Source: Octopus sinensis
Taxonomy: Eukaryota
DNA length: 64,000 bases
Direction of reading: 5' to 3'
Assembly (NCBI RefSeq): GCF_006345805.1
Contig: NW_021833241.1
Coordinates: 24,329 to 88,328 of the forward strand
The position numbers and the translations under genes were made by a program. The notes below the pieces were generated by a model that was given only the letters and a program-made list of their open reading frames with translations, ran no database searches and was not told the DNA's origin. Shown here one piece after another: positions 1-12,905 of the stretch (positions within the stretch are counted from its first letter, which is position 1; every line of letters begins with the position of its first letter).

Positions 1-166
1 GCCCATGATAGACTAATTTGATGATCAATGTTACTATCATCTCGAAGCGTTATACTAACATATCCATGCATAATCTTCCGCTCATTTAGGCTCATCCTTT
101 AATCTAATGGAATATATGCACGTATACATTCCATCAGATGATATATATTTCTCGTTATTTAAATAC

Positions 167-169
<3 letters not shown>

Positions 170-246
<77 letters not shown>

Positions 247-272
247 ATATATATATATATATATAATATGTA
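170..272. repeat. (TA)n microsatellite
   Basis: Direct dinucleotide run with scattered single-base indels. Confidence 0.95.
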
Positions 273-377
273 TATATTCTCGTTATTAGAATACACTGCA
301 ATATAGAGACATATTGCTCAGAGAACAGAACGTGGATGAAACTATAGTGCATTTGGTCACTGCGTATACTTATATAC

Positions 378-495
378 ACGACGGGCTTCTTTCAGTTTCC
401 GTTTACTGAATCCAGTCACAATGATCTGGTCGACCCGAGGCTATAGTAGAAGACGCCTGTCTAAGTTGCTATGCAGTGGTACTGAACCCAGAGAC
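378..495 (-). mobile_element. SINE family A, diverged 5' fragment
   Basis: acgacgggcttctttcagtttccgt...gaggctatagtagaagac...actgaaccc is the reverse complement of the family A head and body seen at 1901-2070 and 19393-19550. Confidence 0.8.
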
Positions 496-950
496 GTACA
501 TACATACATACTTACATACATACGTACATAAATGCATACACACATACATATATACATACACACATGCATATATACATACATACATAATACATACATACAT
601 ACATACATACATACACACATGCATATATACATACATACATACATACATACATACATACATACATACATACATACATACATACATACATACATACATAAAT
701 ACATACATACATAAATACATACATACATACATACATACATACATACATACATACATACATGCGTACATACATACATACATGCATATATACATACATACAT
801 ATATACATACATACATACATACATACATACATACATGCATATATACATACATACATACATACATACATACATACATACATACATACATAAATACATACAT
901 ACATACATACATACATACATACATACGTACATACATACATACATACATAT
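496..950. repeat. (TACA)n tetranucleotide microsatellite
   Basis: About 450 bp of tacatacataca; explains the ORFs at 441-1144. Confidence 0.97.
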
Positions 951-1900
951 GCAACAATATTGTTGTTCATATTTCATATTTCATATTCAAACGTGAAATT
1001 CTGTTGAAACTTTTTTTGCAGAATGTGTTATGCCATGTAAGACAGAAAATCATCTTTATTGTATACATTGATATTCCTAATATTTCTTGCATATTCAGAT
1101 TTTTATGCTCTATATATTGGACTCTGAGCATCTATAATTTTTGAATATGTTTCTGCTTGCATAAAAATTAATATTCCCATTCCTTGTTGCATATTGCCTG
1201 AATCGGCGATGGCTATGGTAGAGTGTAATCATGGAACGTATAAAAATATGCTATTCTCTTTTTTCAATGGTATTCGAAATATTTTAATAACGTTTTCAAA
1301 TATGATTTTATTAGATTTTACCAGAATCCTGGAAAAATCTCGCATTTAGGCATGTAACAATATTAATAAATGTAAATAATGGCATCAAAAAGTGGCTACA
1401 CAAGCTTTCCTCAAGTTTATATGTACCACGCCTGTTTTAAAGACATTTCCCCCAAATTTATATTATGACGTGGTTCTAATTTTCGTCCAGTGGGCCCTAA
1501 ATATTTACATGCATTTTCTCAGGGTTAGCGAATAAGGGTAATGATTAAGTGCAGTTTGTGTCTATTTCCCGAAACCAATTGTGATTGTTGGGCAAAATGT
1601 GTTCTAAAGGCTTCCCCCCTCCTAACTATATCAAACTGAGTAACTATATAAGTGGTACCAATTGCGATATTTTCACTATAGTAAAGAATATAGGAATGCT
1701 GGCTTTGGTTATTGGCTGCAGTTCCCGGAGGAAATACAAGGTATCCCAGAATTAAATATCTATTTCAGTAAAATGAGGCATTTAAAAAAAACTCACTTTT
1801 GTTTACGTTTATCAGGTTTAACATGTTTTAAAAGTGTATAAATTTTTTATTCTGTTTATAATTTGATATTTTCTATAATTTTCTGACAATTTCATATTCT

Positions 1901-2312
1901 AGGAGTGACTGAGTGACTGTGTGGTAAGTAGCGTGTTTACCAACCACATGATTCCGGGTTCAGTCAAACTACGTGGCATCTTGGGCAAGTATTTTCTACT
2001 ATAGCCCCGGGCCGACCAATGCCTTGTGAGTGGATTTGGTAGACGGAAACTGAAAGACGCCCGTCGTATATATGTATATATATATATATATATATGCATG
2101 TCTATGTTTGTGTGTCTGTGTTTGTCTCCCCTAGCATTGCTTGACAACCGCTGCTGGTGTGTTTACGTCGCCGTCACTTAGCGGTTCAGCAAAATAGAGC
2201 GATAGAATAAGTACTGGGCTTACAAAGAGTAAGTCCTGGGGTTCGTTTGCTCGACTAAAGGCGGTGCTCCAGCATGGCCGCAGTCAAATGACTGAAACAA
2301 GAAAAAGAGTAA
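1901..2312 (+). mobile_element. SINE family A (tRNA-like head, CORE-like segment, internal TA/TG microsatellite, aaaagagt tail)
   Basis: A-box-like tgactgtgtggtaag, B-box-like gggttcagtc, CORE-like cttgggcaagt segment; more than 10 homologous copies in the window. Confidence 0.9.
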
Positions 2313-2329
2313 CGAGCGTATTTCTGTCG

Positions 2330-2797
2330 AATCACTCTTATCTACCCGACAGATTTAAAAAAAATTGGTGGCAATTATTTTCTCTGCCTCCCTCTCCAGG
2401 GTGGACGAATAGTTTAGCTGAACTTAATGAATGTGGAAGATAACTCCTGAAATTGCCTCAAAATGCGTTTCGCAACGCTAAGGATAGATTATAGGCATTC
2501 AGGCATACAGTCGGAGCACAGATCGAAAATTTCGTTAGAGGTAAAAATTTATTTGTTTGCTATCATAATTAAGTAATAAAAAAACTCTTGTCAGTTTTGT
2601 TTTCTTTTTTAATTTACCTGATTGCGATGAAATATAAGGTTGTCCCAAAAGATCGTAGAAAGTCTTGGAAAATAATGGTCTTTATTTTGAGGAATAATTT
2701 TTGTTGTTTTTGTTAGTACTTGGCGAGTAAAAATTCAATTTTCGCAAGTGTTTACGAACTTTTGGGACAACCTAACAGTTAATTCTGGAACACCCCG
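2330..2797 (+). mobile_element. Tc1/mariner-superfamily element, 3' remnant, interrupted by a MITE
   Basis: Decayed frame NAFRNAKDRL*AFRHTVGAQIENF resembles a Tc1/mariner transposase C-terminus; ends in ggaacaccccg followed by TA, resembling a TIR end. Confidence 0.45.
2637..2773. mobile_element. Mariner-type MITE (~137 bp)
   Basis: Left end aggttgtcccaaaagatcgta pairs with right end tacgaacttttgggacaacct (1 mismatch in 21). Confidence 0.8.
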
Positions 2798-3050
2798 TAT
2801 ATAAAATGTGTTGCCTATGGCGTGGCCGCTTTACTTATATGGTCCGTTCGGTTTTCTTTCAATACTCACACATTCCACAAATAAATGAGTTTGTAGAGTT
2901 GATGCGCATTTCACATCTTTAGTTTTCCTTCGTTCAGTTTTTCTCAGACTCACACATTACCCTCATGCCTCATGTGGAAGGCATCTTAGAAATTAAAGTT
3001 TGGAATAACATTCATTCTGTAAACAACAAAAAAAACTATATGTTCCTCAA

Positions 3051-3460
3051 ACTCTTTTACTCTTTTACTCTTTTACTTGTTTCAGTCATTTGACTGCGGC
3101 CATGCTGGAGCACCGCCTTTTAGTCGAGCAAATCGACCCCGGGACTTATTCTTTGTAAGCCCAGTACTTATACTATCGGTCTCTTTTTGCCGAACCGCTA
3201 AGTGACGGGGACGTAAACACACCAGCATCGGTTGTCAAGCAATGCTAGGGGGACAAACACAAAGACACACACACACATACATATATATATATACATATAT
3301 ACGACAGGCTTCTTTCAGTTTCCGTCTACCAAATCCACTCACAAGGAATTGGTCGGCCCGGGGCTATAGCAGAAGACACTTGCCCAAGATGCCACGCAGT
3401 GGGACTGAACCCGGAACAATGTGGTTGTTTAGCAAGCTACTTACCACAGAGCCACTCCTG
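3051..3460 (-). mobile_element. SINE family A, full length
   Basis: Reverse complement of the 1901-2312 element, with an (actctttt)n tail. Confidence 0.92.
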
Positions 3461-3672
3461 CTCCTCTATTCTTAATTGCGTGATTAACCGGATAATCTGT
3501 CTAATAGTGTTTCCTGACTACGCTTCTTTAGTGATGAAACCTGTTTGGAAACGTCGGAAGCCATTTCATCACGAAACTAAGCTTCAGTAATAAAAGTATA
3601 TATAATTTAAATATGTTGAAACCGATGATAAATGGGGAAAAAATATATGGTTTGACTTGGAATTATATAAAA

Positions 3673-4067
3673 CTAGCAGTATCGCCCGGCGTTGCTCGGG
3701 TTTGTAAGGGAAATAACTATATAAGCATTTTTAGAGATGTAAAGTATAATAGCCATCTCAATATGGCTAACCACAAAGGGGGAGGGGTGTTACTGTAGCT
3801 TTTTACGTTCTGAGATTTAATAATAAATTTTTAGAGAGTTACTTCCCTTATATATGCCAAAAGTGCATTAAAAATGGGAAAAATTGATGGTAATTTTTTT
3901 TCTAACAGTAGACTCATTGTAGACGCGCGCTAATCCCCAGAAGGGCTCGATATGAATCACGACTATAAGATACCCGGTTTTGGTTAAACTGAACCGCAAA
4001 ATGTGGGAGTAGTTAGGAATCTAAATCGTAGGAGAATGACACACAACTTCACTTTTATATATAAAGA
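3673..4067 (-). mobile_element. Non-autonomous Helitron (family H1)
   Basis: On the minus strand: A|TC 5' end, CTAG|T 3' end and a GC-rich hairpin cccgagcaacgccggg 8 nt before CTAG. Homologous copies at 24044 and 43545. Confidence 0.85.
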
Positions 4068-6663
4068 TAACCTCGCAGCAAGACGAACGCCGGTTGTCTA
4101 ACTAGTTTTGTTTTTTAGCATACGGCAACTCTACGATTAAATGTTTCTCAGCTATTGTTTCCAATTTGTCTGTTTTCAAACATATTGTGTCAAAGACTAC
4201 TGTTTTGTATGAACAGTTTTCATTTATATGATACCAAGATTTTATTTAAAGATGATTTGATTACTATTTCTAGCAAATTTATCGACTATGGGCCTGCTAT
4301 TTTGTTTCTCCGTCTTTATATAATGTTCCTATGACGCAATGGTTTCGAGAATACATTGAAACTCCCTTGTCTTTGATGTAATTTGGTATTTTTAATGTGA
4401 GTGTAAACTAATAAAACTGAATTATAAACGTTGTTATGAAGGGACTAAAGTCCAAGTTAAATATAATTTGTTTGTTAACCTCAGCGAATTCGATCAATAA
4501 CATCGTCAATAAATGCTAGAACGAAACCTCCCAGTATAGAAAAACCTAACTATTTTACAGAGAATCATTCATTACTTTTATTAGACTTCATTTGCTTCTT
4601 TATGTTTTGCTTTTGGTATTTCTTCTGTAAAATGGGTGTATTTTTACATATTCTTCCTTCAGTGCTATCTCACTCCATTTATCATGAGTATAGAAACTAT
4701 ATCTTTAACTAAAATAAAAAGAAGCAATATAAACGGTATATACTACGTTAGCAAAAAACAAATTTAATTAAAATCAAATATGAAAGCACCGCCGATTCCT
4801 TTCCAAATAGTGTCTGAGATTCACTTTTATTTTTATTTATTTTTTTTTCCTTTCTTCCTCTCTTTAAGGTACTTTAATACAATTTTCCACAGAATTTTAC
4901 CTTTGTCTCGAAATTAAATTAGATACAACGAGAGAAAGAGGGAGAAAGTGAGAAAGATGTATTCAAAAATATTTCAAACATTTCCCAAAGTTAAGCAAAC
5001 AATAGGAACTTAAATGCTCCATACTACATTCTATCTATCTATCTATTTCTATTACTTCAACACCAGTCTATCATCCGCGAGCAAAAATCCTTTTAGAAAT
5101 TTCAAGAGTGTGACGCATATAAGTAATGTTGAAAATAGTATGCGTCGGAATATACGTGTGAGTGAATGTATGTGTGTGGAAATGGCTGAATATGTGTGTG
5201 GCTGTATATGTGTGTGGCTGTTTATGTGGCTGGTGGTGATTTCATTTAAATTGAGACGAAGTTAAAATAGTGTTTTGACTGCAAGATTCTATTTCTATCA
5301 TGACCTTCAAACAGACATTGTTAAACTGCAGCCTCTGGTAATAAAACTATTAACATTTCAGTGCATGTACCTTTTATATGCTATTTTCGTTCATTTAAAC
5401 TTATTAGAGTTATTTAGAAATCATTAAAGTGGGACAAATTAAGAATAAAGTGCAGTAATTTTATTAAATTTAGCTAGTGATATCATTATGCTAAAGTTAA
5501 GCAGTATAATGTTGGAAAACTAGTGATTTTCTGTGAAGAGTAATAGAAAGACAAACTGTTCAAGTAAAGGCATTTATATTATTGCCTTGGAGCAAATGAG
5601 AATTCTTCAATTTCCGACAGGACCACCCACACGCTCTTGTTGGGAGAATGTGTTAGTAGAAAAGGTGCAAGAACAATTTTAGATTATATGGTTTCTAGAT
5701 CGTATAACTTATGTGTATACATGCAGTCGGTCTAAGGATAATAAATAAACATATACCCTGTTTTGTCGTCAATTAAGAAAAAAGCTGTCTCGCCAAGGCT
5801 ATATATACATATGTGTGTGTGTAGGTCTAGGTGTCTGTGACGATTAACTTCTATCATTGTAAGTAAAGTAACCCTCTCCAAGAAATTGTGCTCACTCGAA
5901 ATAAAAGCTGTGTTTTCTTTTAGCTGCTATGACTGTTATTGTTCAATGCCATGGATGACCTGGGTAAGCTATGTATATATATTCCATCCATAAGAGGCCC
6001 ACCCCTTTTATGTATATTTTCCTGCTCACACGAATATATAATGTATAAATATAATAGGATATAATATAAAACAGATTTAACTGCTATTTGAGTGCATCGA
6101 TTTTGAACGTAAAATCAATCACATTGGATCAAAACGTATCTATCCCGGTTGTACACTCTTCTCTCTCACAGGATGACAATAACCTAATGAAACTACGATG
6201 AAAACCATTCCAGTGGTCTGCATCCTATATTGCATAGAACTACATTATCATCGTGCATACTTTATTCAAGAGGGCAGCATGTCATTTCAAGATGTTGGCT
6301 GGTATTTCTAGCTTACGTCATTAACACCTCCATGTTCCGTGAACCACCCATACATCTAATTCTACAAGTATTGACGCAGTAACTTGTTGAGTAATATTGT
6401 GTATATAATCGTCTAGCCTCGACCAACATAATTGCTGGCCTTGTGCCAAAAATTGGAATTTAATATTGCGGAGTTTTGTGTGTTGATTGTATGGTACGCA
6501 CTGCAGTGGTTTAATGGTGCTTTATGTACAAATGGAGGGCATACCGACGATATGGAGTTTAATCTAAATAACAAAACATATTTCTGTTTTTACGAGAGAT
6601 GTCAACGCAAAAACAAAACGGCTGGTACATACTGTATACAACTATTTTAATGATATTAATTTG

Positions 6664-7096
6664 GCATCTTTTCGGTTTGAACGGCACCTTTTTCTGGCGG
6701 TCTCATATGAAATTGTCATCCATGATTATGACCCTATTGTATTTCAATCTGTTTTAGGGTTAGAGTTAGACTTAGGGTTTGTTAGGGTCAGGGTGGGGGA
6801 GGGGTATCTTTTTTTTTTTACAGAAATGTAAATAAAACCCAAATCTGTTTCTTAAACGAGGGACATATTCATACGACACAGAATGTTTTCACCTCAATAG
6901 ACGTCATTGATTGGTTGAAATTGCAGAACTTGAAAAAAAAAAACAACAACAAATATCTTCCAAACCATAAAATTTTCTCAATAAAGCCAAGAGAAAAAGA
7001 TGTTTTATAAACACATTCTACCAGTATACGGAGTTTAAACGTGTTTAGTTACGTTGAAATTATTTTAAAAAACTGCCGGTCAAACCGAAAAGATCC
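6664..7096. mobile_element. Non-autonomous DNA transposon / MITE with ~25-bp TIRs
   Basis: atcttttcggtttgaacggca at the left end pairs with tgccggtcaaaccgaaaagat at the right end; internal ttaggg-like stretch. Confidence 0.8.
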
Positions 7097-7382
7097 TTGA
7101 TTTGATTTTAAAGCGTTTTCTATACCCGTATAGAGCAAGATTCATTGTCATTATAACAACATACTTTCTATCGATCATTCTCACTTGCAAAGACAGTGCT
7201 TCGGAGAGAAAGATATCTTAAGAGAGGATCTCCAAACCCTTACGAGAGATATTCTGGATTCTCTTCTCACTTTTTCTCATTATTCCAGTGCAGGTGGACA
7301 TGACATTTTATTTACAATACTGTAAATATGAACCGAAATAAATTATTACAAATATTGATTAAGTGATCAGTTTTTTTTTCTT

Positions 7383-7466
7383 TCTCTTTATCTACTCTCA
7401 TTCAGTCGCTGTCTTTCCCTCTTTCTCTTTATCTACTCTCATTCAGTCGCTGTCTTTCCCTCTTTC
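7383..7466. repeat. ~41-bp tandem duplication
   Basis: tctctttatctactctcattcagtcgctgtctttccctctt occurs twice in a row. Confidence 0.9.
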
Positions 7467-8724
7467 TCCCTCTCGTTCGCTCTTTATTTCTGAAGAAAAC
7501 AATTTCAAATAACAGATAGTTATTATATATCATAAATAATATACATTAATCTACAAAAGAATATTTATATGTTCGGTTGTGTGAAATGAAAATAGATAAC
7601 TGAGGCAAAACAAAAGCTAAAAAAAAACAGAAAAGAAAGTAAGAGAGAAAGGAAGAAAAAAAAAGAGAACTTACTTTCACCTGATTAAATCCTTCAGTTT
7701 TATACAAAAAAAAATGTTATATGTCCAGCTTTAATGTTTGTTCAAATCTTTTAAATTATATCCGAAATTTTTGTAGGGAAGTAAAAGTTTCGTTTTATGA
7801 CGTAGATTAAATCTGGAACTTTTTTTTAAATATATATATTTATAGCTTTGTGAAATTCCGATTTTCAAGAATCTTGAATATTTCACGAAGCAACACAACA
7901 ATTATAAAGTACATAAATGCGAGGTTTCATTTTCAATTAAAATATGTCCATTTTTTTTTCTTTATTGTAAAATACGCTCCTGTTCCGAAACAAAACATAT
8001 ATTAAAATTATTGTCTTTTTACTTGAAACTGTAACTTGAAGTGTACATTTATATATATATATATATATTCAATTCAATTCTCGTCCTCTCTTTAAAATAG
8101 GTAATTCGTATTAATTTTTTATGGTACTGATTTAAACTGAAATACTTCACGTCGAAATTACAATTTATAATCCAAGTTCACATATATATTCATATATATA
8201 TGCATATACATATATATATATATATTCGATTTTAAGCATGCAAAGGTCCTGACGACGATTTCATGGTGAGGAACAATGGTGACTGCATTTTATCTTCTTC
8301 TTTTTCATTGTGGTACGGTTGATTAATTTAGGTTAATTGAAACGTTCACTGTGACGGACATCTTCTGCCCCAACGACGGACTGATTGCCTTTGACTTCAC
8401 ATTTAAAATTTGTTTCGAGAGACTCATCGAGAGAGAAGCTTTATAAGCGAAATAGTTTATCTAAATCACATCGATATTTGAATCATGGGATATATCTTCC
8501 TGTTTCCAAATTGGCCGGCTTCCGGTTTGAAATGAACAAAAATAAGAATATATATGAATAAAAAAAACACAACATGTATTTATGTGTACATACACGTACA
8601 CATACGTATGCGATCTTTTGAGCGTGCTGTTGTAATTCTTTGGCATCATTGTTAAATATATGCGATTGGCTGGTGCAGACTATATACGATACCAGCATAC
8701 ATGAAGTCCCGCCTTCAAAAGCTA

Positions 8725-8809
<85 letters not shown>

Positions 8810-8847
8810 TACATATATATACATATATATATAATATATATATATAT

Positions 8848-8886
<39 letters not shown>

Positions 8887-9172
8887 TATATACATAAAGG
8901 CATTCATATATATATATATATATATATATATGTAAATATACATACACACATATATATATATACGTACAAATATATACATATGTGTGTGTGAGTGTGTATA
9001 TGTATGGATGTATGTGTGTGTGTGTGTGTGTAGGGGAAAGAGGTAGAGAAATATGAAACATATACGCATATATATATACACATGTATATATGCATGCACA
9101 TCTCTCTCTATATATATACACATACATAATGCATAAATACATACCTATACATGTATATATAGATACATAAAT

Positions 9173-9230
<58 letters not shown>
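8725..9230. repeat. Compound (TA)n/(GATA)n/(TG)n/(CA)n microsatellite
   Basis: Direct reading; explains the ORFs at 8483-9382. Confidence 0.95.
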
Positions 9231-9599
9231 TTGTGTGAGTGACTGTGTTTCTGATTATGTACGCGTTGTGCATGTAGGATAATGATTACGTTTATAACGT
9301 ACACTGGAAATTTGCTGTTCCCCTTCCTCTCTTGTTGCAAGTGTTCATTGGCACACACAGTTAGGTGAGCAGCGGAATTCATAGTTATTGAAGTTTAAAA
9401 AAAGTCCTGTTCCATATTCCATTTGTGCCAATACGTATTTGCAACATCATATTTAGTTGCATCTACCTACTTAAGGATTGCTGTCTGAATTCTCAATCAC
9501 CGTCCCACCCAGTTGAAGCCCGTGCGCCTGAGTATATACAAGTATACCCTCCGCACAGTATCATACATAAAATCGTGTGTGAACACGAATGCATAAGCA

Positions 9600-10515
<916 letters not shown>

Positions 10516-11576
10516 TTAGCTTAGATAGTTCGACGTCTTTAAAATCATTCCATTGTATTTCATACTTTAACTAGTTCAATTTAGTTGCTCTCCGAAGACT
10601 GCATTGATTCATACACAGAAACATAATGTGTGCAGTTTTTTTATTCACTTTTTAGATACAACAGATATTTACCGACAATGTTAATGTACATAACTAACTG
10701 CTTCCTTTCTTTCTTGCTTTTTCATTCGCTTTATATTATTCCCTTTCAATTATTATTATTTTCTTATTAATTTACTGCAAATGTTTCCTATACTACATTT
10801 GCCTTCACTCTTCTTCATTTAAATTCGATAAATGTAGCTGGATTCTTAGATGTAATCTTCAGGTCAAATACGAAAGTCAGAGTACAATGTATGGAGAGAT
10901 TCAGTGAACTATACACACTTACAGACAGACATGCACGCATATATATATATAAATATTTACATAGCTGTGTATGTATGTATGTATCTATGTATGTTCATAT
11001 TCTTCCTCGTTTGTTCTGTTATTAGTTTCTGTTCAATGATTGTGGCCACATATAAGTGCTTGTGTGTGTGTATGTGAAAGTACAAGTGTGTCTGTGTATG
11101 TGTGTATGCGTTTTGTGTTGAGGAATAAAATTGTAGTTCGGTAAGAGGGTGAGGTAGAGGAGGAGAGAAAAGAAATAGACAAGCATTAACATATGTTAGA
11201 CACAGGTATAGATGTACAGCCTATAGAATTAAATGTTGAACAGGAAATGGTCAAAGAATAAGTCCGAAAGGAAGAAAGGAAATAGAAAGAGATTTTTACG
11301 AAGAACACCATTGTTTTTGAACTTAATGCACTAAATAAGGGTAAACATACGTACACGCGCACATACATTTTTATATTGGTACACATTAAGCAAGGACGAA
11401 AAGGGAGTCGGTTAAGAATGGCGGCAGAACTTAGCAGTACACAATACCTCACCGATGTGCTGGATTGTTTCGTTGCATCTGGATTCTCGATACTTGCCTC
11501 AGTGTTATTTGCAAAATTCTCCCTATTCCGTCATGAATCGAACTCAGGTGATGTACATAGCTAACTCCATATTCAA

Positions 11577-11776
11577 AGTTAATCCAAACAAGAAAGCACG
11601 AAAAAAAAACACAACAACGCGAGGACGTGGAGCAAATATAGTATTATTGGACGCTCAGGAAAGAAGAAAAGAAGGAGGATTTAACGTTTCGAGCAGAGCT
11701 CTTCGTCGGAAACATAGGAGAAGGAAAGATCCAGAGAAGGGAAAACAGAGGGAAAAAAATCGCCAACGCGGTCACA
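11577..11776 (-). mobile_element. ~200-bp dispersed repeat, probably a Penelope-like terminal repeat, carrying a hammerhead-like motif
   Basis: Reverse-complement homologue of 30477-30672; contains gaagagctctgctcgaaacgt. Confidence 0.75.
11679..11713 (-). ncRNA. Variant minimal type-I hammerhead ribozyme motif (U4C core, GUU site)
   Basis: Minus strand reads guuu-CCGACGA-A-GAGC(ucu)GCUC-GAA-ACGU-U-aaau. Confidence 0.5.
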
Positions 11777-12173
11777 ACCTACTTTGCTTTCAAACTTGCC
11801 CAAAACTCGAATCTATCGGTTGCTGGCAATATATTCACAGTTCCTATACTTTTTCTGTTTCTAAGGAATTTTGCACTCCGTCAATTTCCCTTACAGTCTG
11901 CCAGCAAATCTGCATTCGTTCTTGTTTCCTTTATCTGCTAACCTTATCTCCTACATCTCAGCCAGCTTCATAGTGCAGACTTTTACACACGAACATCGTC
12001 AGGTTTCATGTCCGTCTTCGCCGTTTCTGCTGTCTTCGTCGGCTTCACTATCTTAACCTTTAATCCCCTGCAATTGCTAATGTCCAAGGAAATATCCTCG
12101 TATTTTTCCTCTGTAATGACCTTAGATTCATAATTTTCATTTTTCTTTTTACTTCCATTATCTTCATTCATTT

Positions 12174-12497
12174 GTGGAGGTGAAATGGCACAATGCTTAG
12201 GGCAGCGGACTCGTGGTCGGAGGATCGCGTTTTCGATTCACAGACCAGGCGTTGTATGTGTTTGTTGAGCGTGAACACCTAAAGCTCCACGAGGCTCCAG
12301 CAGGGTGTGTGTGTGGCGACCCCTGTTGTACTCTTTCGACCCAACTTTCTCTCACTCTTTCTTCCTGTTTCTTGAGTAACACTGCGATGGACTGGCCTCC
12401 CGTCCAGCTGGGGGGGGGAAACACATACGCCATAGAAATCGGGAAACCGGGTCCATGAGCCTGGCTAGGCTTGAAAAGGGCGCATAAATAAATAACA
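12174..12497 (+). mobile_element. SINE family B1 (tRNA-like head, V-domain-like gatggactggcctcccgtccag segment)
   Basis: A/B-box head, poly-purine (ataa) tail and a 14-bp TSD with 1 mismatch (atcttcattc[a/g]ttt at 12160-12173 and 12498-12511). Homologue at 17608. Confidence 0.9.
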
Positions 12498-12511
12498 ATC
12501 TTCATTCGTTT

Positions 12512-12905
12512 AATCTCTATATCTATCCGCTCAGTCGAAGTCGACTCTCGGTCACTCGTTGGATCAGTATCCTCCAGTCAGTTCTATCCTGGGCCGCTTC
12601 TTTCAGATTCGCTATGTCCATTCCGGTATCACTCTTGATGGTGTCAAGCCAGCGGGTTCTTAGTCGGCCTCTTCCTCTCTTGCCACTGACCATTCCGAGC
12701 ATGATGTCCTTCACCAGGTATTTTCTCCGCATAATATGACTAAAATATGCCAATCTATCCTTGGTGATCCTAGCTCCTAGCGACATTTTCGGCCTGATCT
12801 GCTTAAGAACTCCTCCATTGGTGAGTCTCGCTGTCCATGGAATCCGTAAAAGTCTTCTCCAACACCAAAGCTCGATTATATTAATTTTCTTCTGGTCAGC
12901 ATTCT
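12512..12905 (-). mobile_element. 5'-truncated RTE-clade LINE (C-terminus of ORF2)
   Basis: Frame reads IELWCWRRLLRIPWTARLTNGGVLKQI...RLAYFSHIMRR...GKRGRGRLRTRWLDTIK...AAQDRTDWR, the typical RTE post-RT region. Confidence 0.92.

Noticed and set aside
8325-8445. Possible terminal exon (LIETFTVTDIFCPNDGLIAFDFTFKICFERLIEREAL*)
   Set aside because: Weak acceptor, no recognisable family and no partner exon; cannot be supported.
11376-11564. 62-aa ORF in unique-looking sequence
   Set aside because: Short, no motif recognised, and within the length expected by chance.
11983-12171. Lys/Glu-rich 62-aa minus-strand ORF
   Set aside because: Purine-rich strand bias explains the composition, and its ATG lies in the SINE target-site duplication.
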